The notes: generated by a model from the sequence alone, not told the origin. A stretch of DNA of 64,000 nucleotides from Cyclobacteriaceae bacterium (GCA_041749015.1 JBGTCD010000155.1:9068-73067), one strand, 5' to 3'. Shown: positions 29,775 through 37,190, counted from the stretch's first letter. A program made the numbers and translations.

Positions 29775-29845
29775 CACCCCCTGGCGTGCTTTTGCAACCC
29801 GTGTGATTAAAATGATTGATGGATAGGAATATGTTCATAACAACC
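29775..29845 (+). repeat. Rhs-cassette junction element, copy J2
   Basis: caccccctggcgtgcttttgcaacccgtgtgattaaaatgattgatggataggaatatgttcataacaacc runs directly into the conserved TTLKNNF coding block. Confidence 0.55.
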
Positions 29846-31000
29846 CTTAAGAACAACTTTCTCTACAATGCAGGCAGTGAGCTAAACGAGCACACGAATC
29901 ACTACGAGACCCCTTTCAGAGGTTATGACGCTGCGACAGGTCGATTTACCGGTGTGGACCCGATGGCGGCCAAGTATGCGAGCCTCACGCCTTACAACTA
30001 CGCCTTCAATGATCCTGTAAGCTACAACGACCCGAGTGGAGCAGACCCTATTCAGGACATGTTAGACAATATGGGTAGGTCCCGGCGTGGCTACACCGGT
30101 TCCTCCTATGGCTCCTACTCGTACTATTGGGAGATGGATGGTAGTGGAGGCGGAATTTCTAGGCATGGTAATACCTTTGTAATCAATTGGGGTGCAGGGG
30201 AGCATGGGGCCCATTGGAACAGTAATGGCAATAGTTTTTTGTTTGCCTCACAGGAGCAGGCACTGGCTTATGGTATGGCCTACCAGGACAGGCATGATAG
30301 TTGGGAGCATACGTATTATGGAAGTGAGCAGGCTACATTGTTTGGTTATTTTGCAGCCAATCACAACGGCGGCACACTCCTAAGTCCGGAAGCAGTGAAT
30401 TACCACATCCAGAAATATCAGCAAAGTAAAGTCAATTCCATGATAGCCGGTATGGTGTCCGGACAGGTCCCAATATTTAACCTGAACCTGACCTGGGAGA
30501 TCATGTTGAATCCGGCGTTGGCGGATTATTTTCAGACGCAAAATGGGGGGAATGTTTATGCTGAAATAAGCAACTCCTTCAATGAAATGAAGTATGATTA
30601 TATGGCTGTAAAGAATGTGGGAGCCAATGCAATGTTCAACATGATCGGTCATTATTCAGTAAATGAGATAGACGGAAAGTATTATTTCAATGCTTCAGCT
30701 GCTGGAACAACACCGGCAAAAACTCAAGGTGATGTAGCTTTTCTAGGAAGTGCACAGGTGATGGTTAATGGCAAAGCAGTAAATAACAATCCATTTGTTT
30801 TACGAGATGGTTATAATGCGGCCTATCCTTCAGGGTTTCAAAAAATAGGAGCAGTATCATTCGAGTTGCCGACCAGTGGGAATGTTATAATAAATTTAAA
30901 CTTCAGCTATCATATAGTTTTTGGTTTGCAGGGTAATCGACATTCAGCAGTTATGACAATCCCTGTTCATATAAGACAAATTGGGTTACCACGAAATTGA
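29816..31000 (+). CDS. orphan Rhs-core C-terminal fragment fused to unknown toxin-like domain (5'-truncated)
   Basis: TTLKNNFLYNAGSELNE..YDAATGRFTGVDP..NDPVSYNDPSGADP is followed by a ~320-aa tail with no motif I recognise. It shares identical 38-nt and 32-nt blocks with cassette 3. Confidence 0.8.
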   Translation: MMDRNMFITTLKNNFLYNAGSELNEHTNHYETPFRGYDAATGRFTGVDPMAAKYASLTPYNYAFNDPVSYNDPSGADPIQDMLDNMGRSRRGYTGSSYGSYSYYWEMDGSGGGISRHGNTFVINWGAGEHGAHWNSNGNSFLFASQEQALAYGMAYQDRHDSWEHTYYGSEQATLFGYFAANHNGGTLLSPEAVNYHIQKYQQSKVNSMIAGMVSGQVPIFNLNLTWEIMLNPALADYFQTQNGGNVYAEISNSFNEMKYDYMAVKNVGANAMFNMIGHYSVNEIDGKYYFNASAAGTTPAKTQGDVAFLGSAQVMVNGKAVNNNPFVLRDGYNAAYPSGFQKIGAVSFELPTSGNVIINLNFSYHIVFGLQGNRHSAVMTIPVHIRQIGLPRN

Positions 31001-31010
31001 CGAGAAATTT

Positions 31011-31643
31011 ATGAAACATAGGATAGCAATATTACTTTTGAGTGCCTTGACCTGTGGCTGTGATCAAGAGAATAATACTGAAGAAGTTGATGATGTATAT
31101 CAACCAAATCCAGAAGCATTAGAATTAAATAATAAGGCTGTTAATTTTATTGGAAACGCAGCGCATAGTTATGATTCGATAAAGGGATCATTTTATGATT
31201 CTGCGTTAATCTATCTAAATGAAGCTTTACAAGTTGACAGCTTATATATTACTGCTTATACAAATAAAGCCCAGGTATTACGAAATAAAGGGCAATTAAA
31301 GGAATCAATTGATGTTTTAGAAAAAGTAGAATCTATAAAACCTGGCTTTGTAGAAGTAATAATGGGTCAAGGGCTAGTGTATGAAAAAATGGGTAATATG
31401 TCCCAAGCTCATAAAAAATATAATGAAGCATTGGAGGCATATAAAGCAAGATTAGAAGATAACCCAGACCCTGTTAAAGTCAAGTTGGATATTGCTTTTT
31501 TGTATATCTTCCTAGAAGATAAACACCGTGGTATGAATGAACTTGAATTTTTGAAAGATGAATATCCAGATGACCAGCAAATAATAGCTATGGAAGGCTA
31601 TTTAAAGGGGTTTAATAAAGAAGAATTTATAAAAACATATTAA
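31011..31643 (+). CDS. TPR-repeat lipoprotein, putative immunity protein for cassette 2
   Basis: MKHRIAILLLSALTCGC lipobox followed by TPR-like repeats. It starts 11 nt after the toxin stop. Confidence 0.55.
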   Translation: MKHRIAILLLSALTCGCDQENNTEEVDDVYQPNPEALELNNKAVNFIGNAAHSYDSIKGSFYDSALIYLNEALQVDSLYITAYTNKAQVLRNKGQLKESIDVLEKVESIKPGFVEVIMGQGLVYEKMGNMSQAHKKYNEALEAYKARLEDNPDPVKVKLDIAFLYIFLEDKHRGMNELEFLKDEYPDDQQIIAMEGYLKGFNKEEFIKTY

Positions 31644-32010
31644 AAAGAAAGCTTCTGAATCAGGGGCTTTTTAGTTATAAGCCGAGCTACTTCAACAAAG
31701 ATTCTGAATAAAGCACTTCGATACATCGAAGTAGTGGGTCAGGGGTATTTTACGGGGAAGAAGATTTTTTTGGAAGCGGAAAGTTTATTGGGGGATCATT
31801 GGATTATTCACTGCCCCATCTCGCCCTCATTTGTCCCATAAGGGATGCCCTGGGCACAACGAGGGGCGGTTGAGAACTATGATTGTATCGCATTAACATT
31901 TACAGTATCTTGAATTAAAAAATAACCGAAGACAAGGATTTAATCTCTATCAGGCGGGGAGAGGAGATTTAATGCGTTTCAAGCACAGTTCTTAGTAGTC
32001 CTCGTGAGAC

Positions 32011-34056
32011 TTGGGAGCAAATAAGGGTATCGTGAGTATAAGCTATAATGTACTGAACAAACCAGACTCCATAGTATTTGGCAATGGCACCGCTATAAAG
32101 TATATTTATAAGGCCAGTGGCATACGACTAAGCAGGAAATTATATACCAACAGTGTATTGGAGACGACCACCGATTATATGGGCAATGGGATGTATGAGA
32201 ACGATACGCTGCGATTCATCGGGCATAGCGAGGGCAGAGTGGTCATGTCGGGAGGAGACCATCAATACCAATATGCTTATACCGACCACCTGGGCAATGT
32301 GCGGATGTTGATCAGTTCAGCGCCTGAGACCTACACCTTTAAGGCGACAATGGAAAGCGAGTCTGAAGAGCAGGCAGACGATGCGTTGTTTAGCAATATC
32401 ACAGATAATCCTGTAGACACAGAAGCCACCTCATATAACCAGGTGCAGCGGCTAATGCCGGGCAACATTGCCGGTGCGGCCATCACGCTGCCGGTATACC
32501 CGGGCGATACGCTAAGTCTGAGTGTACAGGGTTTTTATCGGAATGGGAGTGGTAGCGGTACGGCTGGCTTAAGTGCCCTGATCACCGCTGTGGCCGGTGC
32601 CTTTGGGGGCCTTAATGGCGGGAGCATCGGAGAGCAAGGCATTTATGACGCCTTTGAGAGGGTCTATGATCCGGGCCTGGGCGGCGGTGTACACGCGCCC
32701 CCGTCAGGGTATGTGGCAGCTTACCTTAACTATATTTTATTTGACAAAAACTTCAATGCCGTGCAAGTAGGTTTTGTAGCCATGGATGATGATGCTAATG
32801 GGTCGGCGATGCCCATGCAGATTCCGGATTTCATAGTACAGCATGAAGGCTTTGTATATGCGTATCTGACCAATGAGAGCAATGCTGAGGTGTACTATGA
32901 CGACTTTGAGGTATCGCTTAAAGAAAGCCTGGTGGTACAACAGACCGATTACTATCCGTTTGGTATGCAGCATGCCAGCAGTTGGACCAGGCTTACCACC
33001 CTGAAGAACAACTTTCTGTACAATGCAGGCAGTGAGCTAAACGAGGAGACAAAGAATTACGAGACGCCTTTCAGAGGTTATGACGCTGCGACAGGTCGAT
33101 TTACGGGGATTGATCCTGTGGCGGCCAAGTACGCGAGCCTTACGCCATATAATTACGCCTTCAATGATCCTGTAGGCTACAACGACCCGAGTGGTGCCGA
33201 CCCTATCCAGGACATGTTAGACAATATGGGTAGGTCCCGGCGCGGCTACCACGGTTCCTATGGCTCCTACTACTCATACCAGATGGAGATGGATGGTCGT
33301 GGGAGTTGGGCGGTTAGGCCTGGCTCCGGAAATCATTGGAGTAATCAGTTTAGCGACTACACGAGAGATCGTATTCTGATGAGTAGCATTAATTTTGATG
33401 CCAAATATTCTGATTTACAAGTTTGGAATCCATGGCATGGATTAATGAGTATGAGCGACCCCGAGACAGCTATATTTTTGGCCAATAAGGGAGATCATCC
33501 TCTTGTTAACCTTTATTTTCAACAGCAGAGGCAAGAAGGGTTGATTGGGACTAAATTACCTGAACTTTTTTATGGTGGGAAATTGTATTCTGATATTGCT
33601 GAAGGATTGGAGGAAATGTGGAAAGCAAGTTTTCATCCAGCATTTGACAAAGGGAGAAGGGAAAATACAGCACTAATAACAGATGCGGGATTATTAGTAC
33701 TCCCAAATTACAAAAATGGACCTAAATCAGGTTCTGGAAGTTTTTCCTTATTTTGGGATAAACTTTCCTTCACAAAGGATGAAACGGGGACTTACACCAT
33801 TTGGGCAGTACATTTTGAAGGATCGTGGTTGGAAGTAAAAGGAATGGTGCATACCCATCCATTTTCAAGTAGTACCCAGAACCATAGCTCTTGGGAACAA
33901 GCAAAAGGTGATTGGATTGGTGTATTTAGTGGCAAGGATAATTATGTAATTTCGCATAGTGGCATATATCAAGCATTGCCAAATTTAACAAGTAAACCGA
34001 TTTCAAGAAATAATTCTAAAGGATATAAAAAGGTTGGAGGGTTATATGGTAATTAA
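32011..34056 (+). CDS. Rhs repeat-associated core fragment with C-terminal toxin-like domain (5'-truncated, upstream decayed)
   Basis: NKGIVSISYNVLNKP..YTDHLGNVRML..VYYDDFEV..QQTDYYPFGMQH..YDAATGRFTGIDP..NDPSGADP, then a unique ~285-aa tail. Three in-frame stops lie at 31993-32007 immediately upstream. Confidence 0.85.
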   Translation: MGANKGIVSISYNVLNKPDSIVFGNGTAIKYIYKASGIRLSRKLYTNSVLETTTDYMGNGMYENDTLRFIGHSEGRVVMSGGDHQYQYAYTDHLGNVRMLISSAPETYTFKATMESESEEQADDALFSNITDNPVDTEATSYNQVQRLMPGNIAGAAITLPVYPGDTLSLSVQGFYRNGSGSGTAGLSALITAVAGAFGGLNGGSIGEQGIYDAFERVYDPGLGGGVHAPPSGYVAAYLNYILFDKNFNAVQVGFVAMDDDANGSAMPMQIPDFIVQHEGFVYAYLTNESNAEVYYDDFEVSLKESLVVQQTDYYPFGMQHASSWTRLTTLKNNFLYNAGSELNEETKNYETPFRGYDAATGRFTGIDPVAAKYASLTPYNYAFNDPVGYNDPSGADPIQDMLDNMGRSRRGYHGSYGSYYSYQMEMDGRGSWAVRPGSGNHWSNQFSDYTRDRILMSSINFDAKYSDLQVWNPWHGLMSMSDPETAIFLANKGDHPLVNLYFQQQRQEGLIGTKLPELFYGGKLYSDIAEGLEEMWKASFHPAFDKGRRENTALITDAGLLVLPNYKNGPKSGSGSFSLFWDKLSFTKDETGTYTIWAVHFEGSWLEVKGMVHTHPFSSSTQNHSSWEQAKGDWIGVFSGKDNYVISHSGIYQALPNLTSKPISRNNSKGYKKVGGLYGN

Positions 34057-34894
34057 ATTATTTATTTTTGTGTTTATATTTCAATCATTATCTATTGTCG
34101 CCCAAGAATTACCGTACAAAGATTTTGAAGATAAAACATTAATTATTTCATTAGAAATTTATTATGATTCTCTAAGATTACGGTACAAAGGCCATGAAGA
34201 AAGCATTCCTAACCTTAGAATTACTAAACATAAAAATTCAGTTTTTGTTGGAATTGCCCCTCATGTAAGCTGGTATGAAGATAATCTACCAGACAAATTC
34301 TCAGAATTCAAGGATCGATATGTCTTGATTTATAATAAAATTAATAGGGCTCCTGCTCACAACCTTACTTATTCTGGATTTCTGGATTTTTATAAAAATC
34401 TTAATTTAGAAATAAAGCATTTATCTTTTATTGATCACTTAGATTTGAATCCTACGCCGCCTCTAGTTCTTACATTTAAGAAGGGCAGTTTAGTTACCAT
34501 AAAAACTATTGATCGTTTCCCTGATAGAAAATTTTATTCCGAGAATCTTAAGTTTGATAAGAATTGGAAGCTCAAATATAGGGATGGTTATTACCATTTT
34601 AATTCTTTGGATTTCATTGAAATCACCTATCCTTTAGAAAAAGATTTTCCTTTTGATGAGTATATCTTTAATTCCACTCGATTAAACTGGAATGATTTAC
34701 GTAAACTTGGGTTGAGTGTATTAGTGGGCTTTTCTAAAAAAGGAAAAGTTAAAAAAGTAGAGGTGGAGTCAAAATGTGAAATTGAAAAAGAACTTGCTTT
34801 AAAAATAGAAGAGGCATTAAAAAACTCACCAGGGTGGATTCCATTTAGGGTCAACGGTAAACCTGTTAAATATAAAATTTCTTTTGGATTTTAA
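34046..34894 (+). CDS. putative immunity protein for cassette 3 (signal peptide; TonB-C-like C-terminal segment)
   Basis: Overlaps the toxin stop and has a signal-like N-terminus VIKLFIFVFIFQSLSIVAQ. The C-terminus GKVKKVEV....ALKNSPGWIPFRVNGKPVKYKISFGF resembles a TonB C-terminal fold. Confidence 0.5.
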   Translation: MVIKLFIFVFIFQSLSIVAQELPYKDFEDKTLIISLEIYYDSLRLRYKGHEESIPNLRITKHKNSVFVGIAPHVSWYEDNLPDKFSEFKDRYVLIYNKINRAPAHNLTYSGFLDFYKNLNLEIKHLSFIDHLDLNPTPPLVLTFKKGSLVTIKTIDRFPDRKFYSENLKFDKNWKLKYRDGYYHFNSLDFIEITYPLEKDFPFDEYIFNSTRLNWNDLRKLGLSVLVGFSKKGKVKKVEVESKCEIEKELALKIEEALKNSPGWIPFRVNGKPVKYKISFGF

Positions 34895-34916
34895 TTACTT
34901 TCATAACCTTAGGTTT

Positions 34917-34991
34917 CACCCCCTCGCGCGCTTTTTAAGAGCGTTTGATTATAAAGATTGAAGAAAGGAATATGTTCTGTTCATAACAACC
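34917..34991 (+). repeat. Rhs-cassette junction element, copy J3 (solo, not followed by Rhs coding block)
   Basis: caccccctcgcgcgctttttaagagcgtttgattataaagattgaagaaaggaatatgttctgttcataacaacc aligns with J2 over its whole length. Confidence 0.55.
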
Positions 34992-35232
34992 TAATAGTGG
35001 AAGGCTTTGTGTATATACCGGAAGATTATATTTACAATAGTGCATGATGTTATCATGGAAGAGGATCTTTATGGTAAATTGACAAATTTACGTAATCAGG
35101 GTTCGCAGCGTAATAGGATCTGATCTAACCAACGGCTTCGGGCGAGTGAATTTCTCCCGGATATTTGTATATTTATCTTAATAATTTACCTACCAGGTGT
35201 GATGGAATGATCGGGATTCTTTATTTATAATA

Positions 35233-36546
35233 ATGAAGTACCTACTTACCATATTTACTTTTTGTCATATTAGTGCATTTATTTTTGCTCAAAATAACCC
35301 CATTCCTGTTAATTCAGCGGTAATTTATGCCACTAAGTTGATCTTACAAGATATACCCAACCAAAAGCTATCAGGTTTTGACACCACCCACCTAGGGTCT
35401 CTTAAAGTGGCTAATAGGAAAATGATCCAAGTGCGCGATGGGCACCTAGACAGTTTGAATAATCACATTTCCTTACAAAATGTTTGTCTGGATTCTACCC
35501 TTACAAATCAGGCTAAGCAAAGCAAGATTAAACTGGAAAAAGAACTCAACACGGGCATCCCATCGGACACCGCTGCTGTGAAAAATGAAGTCATGCAACT
35601 ACCTACAGAAACAATAAGTAATAGAAGAGTAGCTGAAATATCAAGTCTTCCCAAAGACTCTGCCACTGTGGCTAATGAGGTACAAGGGATGACAAAAGAG
35701 CAGTTAGAAAAACAAACGGGGTTAGATGTACGTGATGTTAATCTTGATTCTACATCAATAGATCAGTTAGGGATGAAGGTTGAAAAGCAAACGGAAAACT
35801 ATTTAAATGATACAGAAGAATTTAAGGCACTTGAAGGTTTCGACCACGAATTAGCGGCATTAGAAAAAGATATAGATCAAATAAACACTGCCCAGGAAGA
35901 GCTCAAACAATATGCCACGAGTAAGGAGCTTAAGCAAAAGATGACCTCCCAGGCCAGGCAATACATTTCTGAAAATGCTGATAAAATTCAGGAGGTACAT
36001 TCGAGAATTGGAGCACTGAAACAAAAGTACAGTTACCTACCTAACAGTAATGACCTATCCACCGCTAAAAAACGGAATTCACTCAAAGGGGAATTATTTT
36101 GGGAACGGTTGGTACTTGGAGGGAATTTTGGAATACATAAAACAAATCCATTGAGAATCGATCTATCTCCTGTAGTCGGCTGGAGGTTTAACAAATTGTT
36201 TGAAGTGGGGATGACAGGTGCTTACAGGGTTAAATTACCCAACAAGACAAGTACCAATATATTTGAAAATGAGCCTGTGTACGGTTTCTCCGTATTCGCA
36301 AACCACATGATCTTTAAAAACTTTTTTGGCTATCTGGAAGGGGAGCGTATGAGCAATGTCTTAGGTAGGGCAGAGGTCCATAACCGGCACTGGCATCAGA
36401 CTTTATTAGTAGGTTTTGGGCGTAAGTTTAAACTGGCCAAGTTCCTCGAAATGCAGTCCATAGTTACTTACAACTTCCTCCATGATAGTGGTAATGAGCT
36501 TTATAACAATCCAGTAGTTTTTAAGACTGGTTTTAGGTTAAGGTAA
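35233..36546 (+). CDS. hypothetical secreted protein (coiled-coil middle, beta-rich C-terminus)
   Basis: 437-aa ORF with signal peptide MKYLLTIFTFCHISAFIFAQ. No recognised domain. Confidence 0.5.
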   Translation: MKYLLTIFTFCHISAFIFAQNNPIPVNSAVIYATKLILQDIPNQKLSGFDTTHLGSLKVANRKMIQVRDGHLDSLNNHISLQNVCLDSTLTNQAKQSKIKLEKELNTGIPSDTAAVKNEVMQLPTETISNRRVAEISSLPKDSATVANEVQGMTKEQLEKQTGLDVRDVNLDSTSIDQLGMKVEKQTENYLNDTEEFKALEGFDHELAALEKDIDQINTAQEELKQYATSKELKQKMTSQARQYISENADKIQEVHSRIGALKQKYSYLPNSNDLSTAKKRNSLKGELFWERLVLGGNFGIHKTNPLRIDLSPVVGWRFNKLFEVGMTGAYRVKLPNKTSTNIFENEPVYGFSVFANHMIFKNFFGYLEGERMSNVLGRAEVHNRHWHQTLLVGFGRKFKLAKFLEMQSIVTYNFLHDSGNELYNNPVVFKTGFRLR

Positions 36547-36547
36547 A

Positions 36548-36670
36548 TCACTTCCCGATACAAAACTTACTGAAGATATTCTCCAGCAGGTCATTGGTAG
36601 TAATCTGGCCGGTGAGGGAGCCCAGATCCCCGCCACGACAAAGCCTGAGAAGGCCGTCTAATTGTGGGTT
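36548..36670 (-). pseudogene. mnmE: orphan 3'-terminal fragment of mnmE (tRNA modification GTPase)
   Basis: Translates to ..[26 protein letters not shown]. The C-terminal FCIGK and preceding ITGxxTxDDLLxxIF pattern are the hallmark MnmE C-terminus. An in-frame stop lies 40 codons upstream. Confidence 0.55.
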
Positions 36671-36744
36671 TTAAAAAGTTTGTCCCCCTTTTTGTCCCCC
36701 TTTTTTTTGTAAAGTATTGAAAAACAATAACTTAAATCGAAATT

Positions 36745-36828
36745 AAGTACCCAGAGCCTACGTTCCCGCCCTTCGGGTCGGACAAGCCCGCCCTACGGGA
36801 CGGGATAAACTTCTCCTCCGGCTCTTAC
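36745..36828 (-). repeat. tRNA-Leu 3'-end-like element interrupted by GC-rich hairpins
   Basis: aagtacccagagcc (36745-36758) repeats the 14 nt at the tRNA-Leu 3' end (36855-36868). The distal ccggctc (36819-36825) mimics the other T-arm strand. Confidence 0.45.
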
Positions 36829-36856
36829 TAGCTTCTAACTTCTAAAAACTAAAAAG

Positions 36857-36940
36857 TACCCAGAGCCGGAGTCGAACCGGCACGATATTGCTATCATTGG
36901 TGTTTGAGACCAACGCGTCTACCAATTCCGCCATCTGGGC
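36857..36940 (-). tRNA. tRNA-Leu (anticodon CAA)
   Basis: 84-nt cloverleaf: acceptor GCCCAGA/TCTGGGT, anticodon loop CTCAAAC, long variable arm, T-arm GCCGG-TTCGACT-CCGGC. Confidence 0.9.
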
Positions 36941-37190
36941 ATATACCATTAAACTAACCTAAACCCTCATTTAGGGTCAAGGACTTTCCCAGTGACAGGG
37001 TAGACGCGGTCTACCAATTTACCTGCCGGAATCTGAAGGATGCAGGCAGGTTCTGCCATCTGGGCATTTTACCATTAACTAACCTTTCCCCTCATTCAGG
37101 GCAAGGACCTTCCCAGTGACAGGGTAGACGCGGTCTACCAATTTACCTGCCGGAATCTGTAAGATGCAGGCAGGTTCCGCCATCTGGGCA
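36941..37190 (-). repeat. two tandem ~125-bp repeats, each beginning with a tRNA-Leu 5'-end copy split by a hairpin insertion
   Basis: Units are 36941-37066 and 37067-37190. On the minus strand each starts TGCCCAGATGGC(G/A)GAA, then the CCTGCC..GGCAGG hairpin, then ATTGGTAGAC. This mirrors tRNA positions 1-24. Confidence 0.7.

Noticed and set aside
33850-33861. Assignment of the cassette 3 tail to the JAB/MPN (JAMM) metalloprotease family on the basis of HTHP.
   Set aside because: The downstream spacing (HTHPFSSSTQNHSSW..GD) does not clearly fit HxHx7Sx2D, and no upstream Glu could be placed by eye. It is kept only as a hint inside a finding.
34994-35130. Possible further Rhs remnants after the solo junction (VEGFVYIPEDYIYNSA; EEDLYGKLTNLRNQG).
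   Set aside because: The resemblance to GFVYxY and YDxxGRLT motifs is only 4-6 residues each and lies in different frames. That is too weak to call without a homology search.
36941-37190. Possible CRISPR array or extra tRNA genes in the tandem repeats.
   Set aside because: There are only two units, contiguous without spacers, and no cas genes. Neither unit can be folded into a complete cloverleaf (no anticodon or T arm), so they were called repeats and not tRNA or CRISPR.
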